The position numbers were made by a program, and so were the translations under genes. Under the pieces are notes generated by a model. That model saw only the letters and a list, made by a program, of their open reading frames with translations, was not told the DNA's origin and did not search any database. A stretch of 64,000 bases of DNA from Gammaproteobacteria bacterium. GTDB lineage: Bacteria; Pseudomonadota; Gammaproteobacteria; SZUA-229. Below are positions 21,843 to 32,564 of this stretch, in pieces (positions within the stretch are counted from its first letter, which is position 1; every line of letters begins with the position of its first letter). The stretch lies in NCBI GenBank assembly GCA_015488885.1, contig WFMW01000012.1, positions 38,354 to 102,353 on the forward strand. Direction: 5' to 3'.

Positions 21843-23234
21843 TTATGCGATTTCCGCATCATTCTCTTTATCATCCAGTGGTGACTGCAATTCCTTATTC
21901 GCCTCCAGCTGTTTGGCCTTATCATGTGTATAGGGTTCACGCATACCATACAGGTGCTGACCAAGCATTTCAGGCGTCACCAGTACAATACCAGAATCAG
22001 TAACAAAAAAACGTTTTTTATCTTCTTCAAGATCCTCACCAATCACCATACCATCTTCAATCACACAGGCTTTATCAATGACGGCTCGGGTTATACGGCA
22101 ATTTTTCCCAATCATGACCTTCGGCAAAATCACACTGTCCTTGATCAGGGTACCTTTTTCTACCTCGGTGTTAAAATAAATAATAGAACGTTTAACTTTA
22201 GCACCGGAAATAATCACCCCACCGGAAACCAGAGTGTCAATCGCCTGTCCACGCGCACCCTCATCATCGAAGACAAACTTGGCCGGCGGACTTTGTGACT
22301 GATAGGTCCATATTGGCCAGTCTCGATTATATAAATTTAACTCCGGTTCCACGGCACATAATTCAATGTTCGCCTTCCAGTACGAATCAACTGAACCAAC
22401 ATCACGCCAGTAAGCCGACTTACCATGTTTATCCAGAAAAGGATAGGCATAGACATTGGCCCGTTTAATACTCCTCGGGACGATATCCTTACCAAAATCA
22501 TGGGAAGAATCAGGATTTCCGGCATCATCGACCAGACAGGCATAAAGGTAAGCCGTAGAAAAGATATAAATTCCCATGGATGCCAGACATTGACCCGGTT
22601 TACCTGGAATGGTTTCAGGCTCTGCCGGTTTCTCACTAAATTTGGTGATACAGTAATGTTCATCGATAGACATGACGCCGTAGGATTTAGCCTCTTCCTT
22701 ATCCACTTCGATACAACCGACGGTTAAATCTGCCCCCGAGGCAACATGATCAAACAACATTTTTGCATAATCCATCGAATAGATATGATCACCGCCCAGC
22801 ACCACAATATTATCCGGCGCATGACGGCGAATAATATCTATATTCTGGTATAAGGCATCGGCAGTACCTCGGTACCAGCCTTCATCCAGGCGTTGCTGGG
22901 CCGGTATAATTTCAACAAATTCCCCAATTTCAGCCCGCATAAAACTCCATGCTCGCTGCAGATGGCGTATTAAAGAATGTGATTTATACTGGGTTAACAC
23001 ACCGATTCGACGCAATCCTGAATTAACGCAATTTGACAGTGCAAAATCAATAATCCGATATTTACCACCAAAAGGAACAGCGGGTTTGGCTCGCCACTTG
23101 GTTAAGCCTTTTAATCTGGATCCTGCCCCCCCTGCCAGAATTAACACCAATGCCTTATGGGTTAATTCCGACCCCATATTCGCGTCGGTATAATAGCGGT
23201 ATTTTTTTGCCTGTTTAGCCCTGTTAACAGTCAT
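21843..23234 (-). CDS. glgC: glucose-1-phosphate adenylyltransferase
   Basis: [49 protein letters not shown]. Confidence 0.96.
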   Translation of the reverse strand: MTVNRAKQAKKYRYYTDANMGSELTHKALVLILAGGAGSRLKGLTKWRAKPAVPFGGKYRIIDFALSNCVNSGLRRIGVLTQYKSHSLIRHLQRAWSFMRAEIGEFVEIIPAQQRLDEGWYRGTADALYQNIDIIRRHAPDNIVVLGGDHIYSMDYAKMLFDHVASGADLTVGCIEVDKEEAKSYGVMSIDEHYCITKFSEKPAEPETIPGKPGQCLASMGIYIFSTAYLYACLVDDAGNPDSSHDFGKDIVPRSIKRANVYAYPFLDKHGKSAYWRDVGSVDSYWKANIELCAVEPELNLYNRDWPIWTYQSQSPPAKFVFDDEGARGQAIDTLVSGGVIISGAKVKRSIIYFNTEVEKGTLIKDSVILPKVMIGKNCRITRAVIDKACVIEDGMVIGEDLEEDKKRFFVTDSGIVLVTPEMLGQHLYGMREPYTHDKAKQLEANKELQSPLDDKENDAEIA

Positions 23235-24250
23235 TAAACTTTCTCCTGATAAAATTCGGTTGCTGCTGAAATTGCACCCAACACACCCACACTTTCATTG
23301 GTAACCAGTGTAATAGAAATAGCCTCAACCAGATTCTGCATGCGCCCTTTTGCTTTAAAGGCTGAAATAAATTCCTGCAACTGCATCCATGGCTGTATTT
23401 TTGCTGCAATGCCGCCGGTAATATAAATGCCGCCAGCAGGTTTAAAAATCAACGCCATATTACCAATATAGGCGCCATAAATTTCAGTAAACAAACGCAC
23501 TGCCCGGCAGGCAGTCTCATTGCCAGCCACTGCCTGCGAAGTTACCCAGGCAGCATTAAAATCGCCTGGCTTTGCCGATGCAACCGTTTCTGTCTGAGCC
23601 TTGTTCTGTAGAGCAGAAACATCGGTATGCTTTTCACTTAGAAACTGATAGATAGTTTCAAGCCCTGCTCCAGACAATAGCCGTTCACAGGAAACATGCT
23701 GATAACAGACCATTAAATACTGTAATAATTTCACCTGTAGCGCATTTACCGGTGCAAAATCAATATGACCTGCTTCAGTTGAAAAAACTTCGCGGTTACC
23801 GGCAAGTTGCTGCACCCATGCCAACCCCATGCCGGTACCTGCACCAAGCACAACCCGTGTGCCTGAGGCAAGCTCTTTCCCCTTATGAAGGCAAATCTTG
23901 TCAGTATCTTCCAGACATGGAATACCCCAGGCTGAAGCCTGGAAATCATTCATTACATAAACCTGACGCAGTTTAAATTCTTCCATTAAAGCCTGCCGGT
24001 TAATCCGCCAGGGTAGATTGGTTACTTTGACCGTAGTAGTTTCCACATCACCGGCTATCGCCAGCGAAAAAATCTCCACCTGTTTTCCCGCTACGCCACT
24101 GGTATGTAAAACTGTATGTAATAACTGCGAAAATGTTGCATAATCTGAACTCAGGTAAACCCTGTTATACAATACATTTTTACCGGTATTATCAGTAATA
24201 ACAAAATGTGTTTTGGTTCCCCCAATATCGGCCGCAAGAATCGTTGACAT
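23234..24250 (-). CDS. glk: glucokinase
   Basis: ADIGGTKT, TNLPW, NDF, GAGTGMG, EAGH, SCERLLSGAGL, GGIYITGGI. Confidence 0.93.
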   Translation of the reverse strand: MSTILAADIGGTKTHFVITDNTGKNVLYNRVYLSSDYATFSQLLHTVLHTSGVAGKQVEIFSLAIAGDVETTTVKVTNLPWRINRQALMEEFKLRQVYVMNDFQASAWGIPCLEDTDKICLHKGKELASGTRVVLGAGTGMGLAWVQQLAGNREVFSTEAGHIDFAPVNALQVKLLQYLMVCYQHVSCERLLSGAGLETIYQFLSEKHTDVSALQNKAQTETVASAKPGDFNAAWVTSQAVAGNETACRAVRLFTEIYGAYIGNMALIFKPAGGIYITGGIAAKIQPWMQLQEFISAFKAKGRMQNLVEAISITLVTNESVGVLGAISAATEFYQEKV

Positions 24251-24335
24251 AATTTTTATAATCTTTAGATAAAATTTCTAGATAAAATCTCGGCGACAAA
24301 AATCTCCAAGACCGGAAACACACCCGGAAACAGGA

Positions 24336-24376
24336 ATTGTAACGAAAATATCGGACAGAACATTGATGATTGTCAA
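24336..24376 (-). promoter_or_regulatory. FNR-type box plus -10 upstream of glk
   Basis: TTGAT-GATT-GTCAA at 24363-24376 (1 mismatch). Minus-strand TACAAT at 24341-24336, about 29 bp from the box centre. Confidence 0.6.
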
Positions 24377-24492
24377 TTTATTCCAAATAAAAGATAAATT
24401 TACTGAATAATGTATTGATATACTGACACAATTACCTCGTTATTAGCACCACGAATATAACTCAGTGATATGACATTTTATCGTGTCATATA

Positions 24493-25527
24493 TTATTGTT
24501 TAATAAATGCAAGCAGGCTGGGAAAAAGCGCCTGTTTAAGCGTTTTAGCCATCAACTGTGACATCCTGGCTTTTAGCTGTGCCTCATTCTGTGCTGAGAC
24601 TTTAAGCGGCCAGCTTTTATAGCCAACAACCGTTTGCTTATCGTCTGTACGCAAGGTGAGCCTTAAATTACCCTGCAACCAGTACCAGCCAGCTTTATAC
24701 AGGGTTGGCCGGGTTTGCATGGCAGCTTCCAGCCAGTAGCCCGATCGGGAAGTTAACGGCGCAGGACGGAACCCGGCCTGTCTGGCAGCACCCTGAAGTA
24801 TTCCTGCCAGACCACCAACCGTATCTTCAGTGACGCCAGTGTTCAGTGGTAAACCACGCATGGCGTGATTTAATGACTCTTTAAGTTCAGTCAGTTGCCA
24901 GTGCGGAGGGCGTCCTCTGCCTTTTAAATCAATGACTTTTAATGTTTTCTGCAATAACTGCCGGTTTTGCTGCAACTGCCAGGCTGAAGCCAGATCGGCA
25001 ATTTCAAGCAGACGATCAGAACGGCTTTTTGCCTGCTGCAGGAGATAGCGAGTCTGCTTGTCCAGTTGCTGCATTTGCTGGCGAATATTATTACCTGCCT
25101 GGGTTCTATCGAGTACCGCCAGTGCATAATAGGTTAAATCATCACTGTTTAACCATTGTTTGGCAATGCGTGCCCCACTAATCATTTTATCGGCGTATAG
25201 ATTTGTACTGCTGTGGTAAGTTTGTTGTTTGCTGACGGTTTCAGTATCATTTTTTCGTTGTGATTCAATGTGCTCACGCGTACTTGAAACCTGTTGTATT
25301 TGCACTTCAAAAATTTTTGCCAGATTAGACAGTGCCCGGTCTTGCGCTGTTTCCAGGTTCGAGGCTGACCCACTTGCCGATAAATACTGGCTATTCGGGT
25401 AGCTCACAGGTTCACCGTTTAACCATGGCGGGGCATTATCACTACGATTGATGCCACTGGTTTGCACACAGGCTGTCAATAATACACTGCCCATAATCAT
25501 AATCATCGAACCGATACACTTAATCAT
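24493..25527 (-). CDS. LPP20-family lipoprotein
   Basis: Lipobox LTAC, PPWL followed by YLSASGSA...AQDRALSNLAKIF, typical of LPP20-like domains. Third gene of the lpoB operon. Confidence 0.7.
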   Translation of the reverse strand: MIKCIGSMIMIMGSVLLTACVQTSGINRSDNAPPWLNGEPVSYPNSQYLSASGSASNLETAQDRALSNLAKIFEVQIQQVSSTREHIESQRKNDTETVSKQQTYHSSTNLYADKMISGARIAKQWLNSDDLTYYALAVLDRTQAGNNIRQQMQQLDKQTRYLLQQAKSRSDRLLEIADLASAWQLQQNRQLLQKTLKVIDLKGRGRPPHWQLTELKESLNHAMRGLPLNTGVTEDTVGGLAGILQGAARQAGFRPAPLTSRSGYWLEAAMQTRPTLYKAGWYWLQGNLRLTLRTDDKQTVVGYKSWPLKVSAQNEAQLKARMSQLMAKTLKQALFPSLLAFIKQ

Positions 25528-25590
25528 TTTAGAACGGCGCTCCGGGTTAGCGGTGCAAGGGTCGAACCGGTTTGACCTGTTGCACTGTAT

Positions 25591-26988
25591 TTAGCGGTTT
25601 GTAGACTGACTATCATTTTCTTTTCGTCCCTGTTTTTTTACCGGCTGTTTTTTTACCGGCGCAATCCAGCGATGGATTAAAAATGTCAGCTTATGTGGGT
25701 TTATGGTTACCGTCTGCACAAAACTGTCAACCACCTGACCGGCTGCATTACGCATATCAATATGAACATTATGCCTGCCTGCTGGCAGAAATACCCGTTG
25801 CAGCTGAATTTCTTCTGGCAAGGTTGTCCAGCTACGCGTATCGGCACGCTCAGTGATTAAATTTGTCACTGTCATTAACAGACCTTCAAGATCACTGTGT
25901 TTTTTTGCCGATAGCTGTGACTGATATTTAATCACTGCTCGCGCAATAGCCCGCGCCATAATACCGGGCATAGCCTGGGTTAACGCATGCCTTGCCAGGG
26001 CATCGATATCTTCTACCGTCTCCAGCCCCAACTGCTTATTATCAATACGGATTCTGGCTCTCATCAATGATGTTTTGGGATAAAGATAAACAGGAAAGGC
26101 AACCCGCAGCTGTTTCTGAACTTCTCTTGCGTATATATTGATCGCTGCTTCACCACGTACGGGTGCCAGACCATTATTTAAAATAATGACCAGCTGACCA
26201 TCATTTTGACTATGATCAGAGGACGGGAAGCGGTTTAAAGCAAAGGTTTTTTTATATTGTTTATACTCATTCCATAAGTGCATTTTTGTAGTAAGACGTA
26301 ATAAATCATGTTGCAGATTAAACGGCACTCGCGGTGCTTCAAGCCCAATTTTATCGCGGTAGCGCTGATAGGCTCTACGGTATGAAATCAGTGCATCATC
26401 ATCCTGCCCCAAAGCTTCAAAAATCATCCCCGCCAGATAGCGCACAAAGGCATCGTTGTATGACGTATCATGCCATGCCTGCATATTGACATCCGCCTGC
26501 AACATTTCCACACGCGCATCATCCAGATCATTCAGCTGAATATAATTCATGGCCATAAATGCGTGCAATAGAAGCCGCTCATAATGATCCCCCTGATAGG
26601 AGCGCAAGGTTTCATTAATGGTAACAGCCGCCAGATTTTCTGTCACACTCACGCCGTATAAGGCTTCAATTTCCTGCCTGGCAATTTCGAATATTTTATT
26701 GCTGGTGGCATAGTGATGGTTAATTCGCCACAACATACCTGTATCCAGTGAGGCGATAACATTTTTATGCCGACGGTCTTTTGCCTGTGCAATCGCCAGT
26801 GCCTGTTGTGGTTGCCCCTGCAGTAAACTACTGCGCATACTCAAGGCACGCGAGCGATAGGTGGCACATGCCTGCAGGCTGTTGACAAGCACAATCAGTA
26901 GTGCAGCTTTCAGACTATATAAAGATAAATCATTTAATCTGCAAAAAACACGTGACAGCAATTCAGTCACCCTCTTCTGTTTACCCAT
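25591..26988 (-). CDS. COG3014-like TPR lipoprotein
   Basis: Lipobox LQAC, YQGDHYE, ARVE, TERADTRSWTTLP motif. Adjacent to lpoB. Confidence 0.75.
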   Translation of the reverse strand: MGKQKRVTELLSRVFCRLNDLSLYSLKAALLIVLVNSLQACATYRSRALSMRSSLLQGQPQQALAIAQAKDRRHKNVIASLDTGMLWRINHHYATSNKIFEIARQEIEALYGVSVTENLAAVTINETLRSYQGDHYERLLLHAFMAMNYIQLNDLDDARVEMLQADVNMQAWHDTSYNDAFVRYLAGMIFEALGQDDDALISYRRAYQRYRDKIGLEAPRVPFNLQHDLLRLTTKMHLWNEYKQYKKTFALNRFPSSDHSQNDGQLVIILNNGLAPVRGEAAINIYAREVQKQLRVAFPVYLYPKTSLMRARIRIDNKQLGLETVEDIDALARHALTQAMPGIMARAIARAVIKYQSQLSAKKHSDLEGLLMTVTNLITERADTRSWTTLPEEIQLQRVFLPAGRHNVHIDMRNAAGQVVDSFVQTVTINPHKLTFLIHRWIAPVKKQPVKKQGRKENDSQSTNR

Positions 26989-27025
26989 ACCCTCTTCTGT
27001 TTACCCATATCCTCTGTTTGCCCAT
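26969..27025. repeat. 20-bp tandem repeat (2 exact copies + 1 decayed) covering a start codon
   Basis: ACCCTCTTCTGTTTACCCAT x2 then ATCCTCTGTTTGCCCAT. Confidence 0.9.
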
Positions 27026-27036
27026 ATCCGTTTAAT

Positions 27037-27675
27037 TTATAAACGCAGGCTACTTTTCTCAATGGTCTTTTTGATTTTTTTCTGCCCCAGCCAGACTTTA
27101 CGATTTGATGCCATATCAATCAGGGTTAAATCAACCTGATAAAAGCGTACCTGTTTCCCGCCGCTGGCATCAACAATGCTATTGATACTGCCGGTTAACA
27201 TAAAATCGGCACCTGTTTCCTGCCCCATTGCCTTACGCGTTGCCGCACTGGCATTCAAGTCCTGATCCTTACGTTCATCGCGTATTTCACCACGCTCAGT
27301 ACGAGAGGCAACAAAATCCACCTGACCAGAGTTGATCAGTGCACGTTCCATATCGGCAATAAAGGTACGTGTATTAATATGCTCATGGCTTAAATTTCGT
27401 ACCGTGCCAACAATAACAGCAGGTGATTTATGGTACTTACGATTAAAATCATTCAACCAGCGGCGTGACAAAGCATCCTGTATCATTTCGTTTGCCACCA
27501 GGCGAGAATCTGTATCATTCCAGTTGCCACTCAGGTCAGTCACACTGTCTGCTTTAACCCGGGTGACTTTTGTACCACAGGCTGTTATACCCAGTAACAG
27601 GCTGGTCGCTATAATGGCAGCCAGTCCAGGGTACATAATTTTTTTAATCAGGGTGAAAAAATGGCCATTTTTCAT
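27037..27675 (-). CDS. lpoB: penicillin-binding protein activator LpoB-family lipoprotein
   Basis: Lipobox ITAC, DLSGNWNDTD, NLSHEHINT, GADFMLTGSI, FYQVDLTLID...VW. GGAG SD before ATG 27675. Confidence 0.8.
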   Translation of the reverse strand: MKNGHFFTLIKKIMYPGLAAIIATSLLLGITACGTKVTRVKADSVTDLSGNWNDTDSRLVANEMIQDALSRRWLNDFNRKYHKSPAVIVGTVRNLSHEHINTRTFIADMERALINSGQVDFVASRTERGEIRDERKDQDLNASAATRKAMGQETGADFMLTGSINSIVDASGGKQVRFYQVDLTLIDMASNRKVWLGQKKIKKTIEKSSLRL

Positions 27676-27829
27676 GATAACGACTCCAGAAAGATAATTT
27701 TGATTAACACGCATTTTTATACAGGTTATATCACTATACAGGATGAAAATCCTGAAAACCAACAAATTTTATCGACTATTTTAGCTGCTTCCTCTTGCAC
27801 CCTGACAGCACAACAGGTATCTTCACGCC

Positions 27830-29155
27830 ATGAAATCCATTGACACTCTGCTGCATGGTCGCTGGGTTATCCCACTGGCTGATAATGGCAATCGCCAGGT
27901 ACTGGATAATTATGCCATTGCCATTGTGGGTGAACACATCATCGACCTTTTGCCGAGCGCGCAGGCAACCAGCAAATATCAGCCTCATACTGAAAAATAT
28001 TATGATGACCATGTATTAATGCCAGGTCTGATTAATTGTCACAGTCACGCTGCCATGAACCTGTTTCGTGGACTGGCCGATGACCTGCACCTGATGGACT
28101 GGCTGGAAAATCATATCTGGCCAGCAGAAGCCCGCTTTGTCAACGAAACATTTGTGCAGCATGGCGTTGAACTGGCGGTTGCTGAAATGCTCCGCAGTGG
28201 TACCACCTGTTTTAATGATATGTATTTTTTCCCCGATATTACTGCCCGGGTGGCGGCTGAGGCGGGTATCCGTGCCTGTGTTGGATTAATTGTTATCGAC
28301 TTTCCAACCGTGTGGGCCAATAATGCCGAAGAATACATTGACAAGGGTCTGGCGGTACGCGACTATTTTAAAGGCCACGATTTAATTACCACAGCGTTTG
28401 CCCCCCATGCTCCTTACACCGTATCCGATAAACCTTTGCAGAAAATTGCTATGCTGGCCAGTGAACTCGATTTGGCCGTGCATATGCATATTCATGAAAC
28501 CGTCGAGGAAGTCAGCCATGCAATAGAAACAACTGGCAAACGTCCATTACAACGCCTTGATGAACTTAATCTGCTTTCACCCACGCTACTCGCAGTCCAT
28601 ATGACCCAGCTGAACACAGCAGAAATAGAACGCCTTGCTGTCACTGGCAGCACGGTTGTCCACTGCCCCGAATCAAATATGAAGCTGGCCAGCGGTATCT
28701 GCCCGGTCAGTCGCCTGCAGCAGGCCGGTATTAATATGGTACTGGGCACCGATAGTGCATCAAGTAATAATGATCTGGATATGTTTGGTGAAATGCGTAG
28801 CGCCGCATTGCTGGCCAAAATCAGCACCCATGATGCGACCGCACTGCCTGCTTATGACGTATTAAAAATGGCTACCCTCAATGCCGCCAGAGCCTTAGGC
28901 ATAGACGATATGACAGGTTCACTGGAAACCGGTAAATCAGCCGATATTATTGCGGTAAATTTTGATACTATAGAAACTTCGCCGGTTTATGATCCTGTTT
29001 CTCACCTGGTTTATTGCTGCTCACGAGAGCAGGTTACTGATGTCTGGGTAGCGGGCAAACAGCGCCTGCGCGACCGTTGTCTAACAACGCTGGATGAAAA
29101 TGAAATTATACAGCGAGCCAACATCATAAGTCAGCAGATAAAACTGGAACAATAA
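27830..29155 (+). CDS. mtaD: TRZ/ATZ-family amidohydrolase (MTA/SAH deaminase)
   Basis: PGLINCHSH, PHAPY, HIHET, HCPESNMKL, GTDSASSNN. Upstream of ubiG. Confidence 0.88.
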   Translation: MKSIDTLLHGRWVIPLADNGNRQVLDNYAIAIVGEHIIDLLPSAQATSKYQPHTEKYYDDHVLMPGLINCHSHAAMNLFRGLADDLHLMDWLENHIWPAEARFVNETFVQHGVELAVAEMLRSGTTCFNDMYFFPDITARVAAEAGIRACVGLIVIDFPTVWANNAEEYIDKGLAVRDYFKGHDLITTAFAPHAPYTVSDKPLQKIAMLASELDLAVHMHIHETVEEVSHAIETTGKRPLQRLDELNLLSPTLLAVHMTQLNTAEIERLAVTGSTVVHCPESNMKLASGICPVSRLQQAGINMVLGTDSASSNNDLDMFGEMRSAALLAKISTHDATALPAYDVLKMATLNAARALGIDDMTGSLETGKSADIIAVNFDTIETSPVYDPVSHLVYCCSREQVTDVWVAGKQRLRDRCLTTLDENEIIQRANIISQQIKLEQ

Positions 29156-29198
29156 ATATAAATATATTCATCATCTTAAACATAATAGTTAATGTAAA

Positions 29199-29921
29199 AT
29201 GCAAACAGATACAAGCAATATTGACCCAGTCGAAATTAAAAAATTTGATGATCTGGCATCACGCTGGTGGGATCAGAAAGGTGAATTCAAGCCCCTGCAC
29301 GAGATGAATCCGATTCGGCTGAACTTTATTAATCGATGCAGTCCGCTACAGGATAAAACTGTGCTGGACATCGGTTGTGGTGGTGGTATTTTAACGGAGA
29401 GCATGGCCAGGAGTGGTGCCCGGGTCTGCGGTATTGACATGGGTAAAGCCCCGCTTGCGGTGGCACGTTTACATGCCCTGGAAGAAAATCTGGACATTGA
29501 TTACCAGCAAACTACAGCTGAAGCGTTTGCCAGCGAGCACCTGGCTGGTTTTGATATAGTCACCTGCATGGAAATGCTGGAACATGTTCCCGACCCTGCT
29601 TCTATCATCCACGCCTGCTTTGAGTTATGCAAACCCGGCGGCACAGTGTATTTTTCCACCATTAATCGCAACCCTAAAGCTTACGCCATGGCCATTATCG
29701 GTGCAGAATATATCATGAATATGTTGCCTAAAGGCACCCATAATTACCGCAAGTTTATCCGCCCTTCCGAACTTGATATTCAGGCTCGGCAAAGCGGGCT
29801 GGAATTGCTTGATATTCGCGGCATCGCCTACAACCCTGTTACTCACCTGTTTCATGAAACACATAATGTCGATGTTAATTATATGATCGCCTATCGGCGA
29901 CCCGAGGGTGAACCGGCCTGA
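29199..29921 (+). CDS. ubiG: ubiquinone biosynthesis O-methyltransferase
   Basis: WWDQKGEFKPLH, LDIGCGGG, CMEMLEHVPDP, STINRN. Confidence 0.96.
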   Translation: MQTDTSNIDPVEIKKFDDLASRWWDQKGEFKPLHEMNPIRLNFINRCSPLQDKTVLDIGCGGGILTESMARSGARVCGIDMGKAPLAVARLHALEENLDIDYQQTTAEAFASEHLAGFDIVTCMEMLEHVPDPASIIHACFELCKPGGTVYFSTINRNPKAYAMAIIGAEYIMNMLPKGTHNYRKFIRPSELDIQARQSGLELLDIRGIAYNPVTHLFHETHNVDVNYMIAYRRPEGEPA

Positions 29922-30005
29922 CCGAGAGGTGCCCATCCGATTACCTCTGTGGGTATTTTATCTTACTGACTTTTTCACCCCATCATTTTCTGCCGTTTTC
30001 TGCTT

Positions 30006-30692
30006 ATGCCGCCTGTTACAACTGTATTATTTGACCTTGATGGCACGCTGGTGGATACCGCACCGGATATGGCTGCGGCATTAATACAATTATGTAAGGA
30101 AGAGAATCAACCCGCACTGGATTACACAGCTATTCGACCGCAGGTATCCAATGGTAGCATCGCACTGGTTAAGCTTGCCTTTGGTCATCAGCTTGACGAT
30201 AACCGGCTCGAACAACTGAAAACACGTTACCTGAAAATCTACCAGAACAACCTCAGCGTACAATCAAAACTTTTTGCACAAATGGATAAACTGCTAACGG
30301 ATCTGGAAACACAACAAATCAAATGGGGTGTGGTGACCAATAAACCAGGCTGGTTAACGCTGCCACTAATGCAATCTCTGCAGCTGGATACCCGGGCAGC
30401 CTGTATTGTCAGTGCTGACTCCACTGAAAAACGCAAACCTCACCCCCAACCCATGTATTATGCCTGCGAGCTTTGCCATAGCCGCCCGGATGAATGTATT
30501 TATATTGGCGATGCACAGCGCGATATTGAAGCTGGCCACAATGCCGGTATGACAACCATGGTTGCCCTTTACGGTTATATCGCTGCCAATGAAAATCCAC
30601 TTGCCTGGAATGCTAACTTCAGTATCAGACAACCAGCCGATATACTGACACACATTAATAATATTCGGGGTAAATCGTTTTACTCACCATAA
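30006..30692 (+). CDS. HAD-IA phosphatase (phosphoglycolate phosphatase / MupP-like)
   Basis: FDLDGTLVD, VTNKP, KPHPQP, IGDAQRD. The gene after ubiG in this synteny is Gph- or MupP-like. Confidence 0.85.
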   Translation: MPPVTTVLFDLDGTLVDTAPDMAAALIQLCKEENQPALDYTAIRPQVSNGSIALVKLAFGHQLDDNRLEQLKTRYLKIYQNNLSVQSKLFAQMDKLLTDLETQQIKWGVVTNKPGWLTLPLMQSLQLDTRAACIVSADSTEKRKPHPQPMYYACELCHSRPDECIYIGDAQRDIEAGHNAGMTTMVALYGYIAANENPLAWNANFSIRQPADILTHINNIRGKSFYSP

Positions 30693-30787
30693 ATTCCTAT
30701 TGAAAACCCGTCCTTTGAATCTGTTTTTTAACCCTTTATTCAACTATAGTTATAGTCTGAAACCCAATTATTGCGGATCGTCTATTT

Positions 30788-32242
30788 ATGCTTCATCATC
30801 GAATAAAAAAAATATTTACCCTGCTAATACTTAGCAGCAGTTTTTTTCTGCCTCAGTTAGCTCTGGCTGCCAGCGGCGTTGAAACCGTCACAGTAATGAA
30901 CCATCAACCTGTTGACCTGACGAATACCGGGCTGGGGTATTTTGCGTTAATTTTATTTGTCCTTGCCTACCTGCTGGTCATGGCTGAAGAGTTCACAAAT
31001 CTACGAAAATCAAAACCGGTAATGATTGCCGCCGGTATTATCTGGGGTTGTATTGGCTGGTATTATACGCAACATGGCATGTCTGAACTGGCTGAAAAAG
31101 CCGTCCGTCACGATCTGCTTGAATATGCCGAACTCATGTTATTTCTACTGGTCGCCATGACCTATGTGAATACCATGGAAGAACGCAAGGTATTTGATGC
31201 CTTACGTTCATGGCTGATACGCAAAGGTTTTAGTTTTAGGCAATTATTCTGGCTTACCGGCATACTGGCCTTCTTTATTTCTCCGATGGCTGACAACATG
31301 ACCACCGCCCTGTTAATGTGCGCAGTTGTCCTGGCTGTTGGTGGCAAAAATGCCCGGTTTATTTCCTTATCGTGCATTAACATTGTTATTGCTGCCAATG
31401 CAGGTGGTGCGTATTCACCTTTTGGTGATATTACAACGCTGATGGTCTGGCAAAAAGGCCGGGTTGAATTCTGGGAATTTTTTGCTTTGTTTGTACCTTC
31501 ACTGATCAATTTTTTAATACCGGCAACCATTATGCATTTTGCCGTCCCGACTGAAAAACCCCATGCTCATAATGATCATGTACATATGCGGCGCGGTGCA
31601 AAACGTATTATCTTTTTATTTCTGTGTACCATTATTACAGCTGTCAGCTTCCATAATTTTCTTGGCCTGCCACCGGTTATCGGCATGTTAACGGGTATGG
31701 GTTATTTACAGTTTTTAGGTTATTACCTGAAAAGAACCCACAACAAACACCACAAAGCGGCAACGCACCTTACTGAAAAAGGTCATATTGCCAGTTCCGT
31801 ACCGTTTGATATATACAGTAAAGTTGCACGCGCGGAATGGGACACTCTGTTCTTTTTTTATGGCGTTGTACTATGTGTTGGTGGCCTGGGTTTTCTTGGC
31901 TATCTATCATTATTTTCAAACCTGGTTTACACCAGCCTAGGCGCCACCAACGCCAATATCGCCGTGGGCATATTATCCTCTGTTGTTGATAATATTCCGG
32001 TGATGTTTGCGGTATTATCCATGAACCCGCATATGCCTGTTGGTCAGTGGTTACTGGTCACGCTTACTGCTGGTGTGGGTGGGTCGTTATTATCTATCGG
32101 TTCAGCTGCCGGGGTTGCTTTAATGGGGCAGACAAAAGGCAAATACACCTTCTTTTCACATTTAAAATGGACACCGGTAATAGCATTGGGTTATATCGGC
32201 AGTATCATGGTGCATATGTGGATAAATTCACGGTATTTTTAA
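30788..32242 (+). CDS. nhaD: Na+/H+ antiporter NhaD
   Basis: LRKSKP, DNMTTAL, ANAGGAYSPFGDITTLM, VDNIP, GGSLLSIGSAAGVALMG. Confidence 0.93.
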   Translation: MLHHRIKKIFTLLILSSSFFLPQLALAASGVETVTVMNHQPVDLTNTGLGYFALILFVLAYLLVMAEEFTNLRKSKPVMIAAGIIWGCIGWYYTQHGMSELAEKAVRHDLLEYAELMLFLLVAMTYVNTMEERKVFDALRSWLIRKGFSFRQLFWLTGILAFFISPMADNMTTALLMCAVVLAVGGKNARFISLSCINIVIAANAGGAYSPFGDITTLMVWQKGRVEFWEFFALFVPSLINFLIPATIMHFAVPTEKPHAHNDHVHMRRGAKRIIFLFLCTIITAVSFHNFLGLPPVIGMLTGMGYLQFLGYYLKRTHNKHHKAATHLTEKGHIASSVPFDIYSKVARAEWDTLFFFYGVVLCVGGLGFLGYLSLFSNLVYTSLGATNANIAVGILSSVVDNIPVMFAVLSMNPHMPVGQWLLVTLTAGVGGSLLSIGSAAGVALMGQTKGKYTFFSHLKWTPVIALGYIGSIMVHMWINSRYF

Positions 32243-32251
32243 AGCAATGAC

Positions 32252-32545
32252 TCAGCTAACCCGATTTTTATTGACCATCGCCATACGTACCTGTTGCACC
32301 ATCTCGGCAATATCTGGATTTGTGGATGGCATGTTAGCCATTAACAGGTCGAACAAGGTCTGGTCGGGGTATTGGAGCAGCCGGGTAAAAACCTGATGCT
32401 GAGTTTCGTTTAACTGTGAATATTTTCTGTCCAGAAAGGTATTCAACAAAATATCCAGTTCCAGCATGCCCCGTCGGCATTGCCAGCGCAGTTCGGACAG
32501 TGAAACTGCCTGTACGCTTTCATTAACCGGTTTTGTAATTGGCAT
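32252..32545 (-). CDS. sdhE: succinate dehydrogenase assembly factor
   Basis: LRWQCRRGMLELD motif. Follows sdhB. Confidence 0.92.
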   Translation of the reverse strand: MPITKPVNESVQAVSLSELRWQCRRGMLELDILLNTFLDRKYSQLNETQHQVFTRLLQYPDQTLFDLLMANMPSTNPDIAEMVQQVRMAMVNKNRVS

Positions 32546-32564
32546 TATTCAGGTTAATCCAGAA

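Noticed and set aside
26969..27025. CRISPR-like array
   Set aside because: The repeats abut directly with no unique spacers and no cas genes are present. The same applies to all other tandem repeats here.
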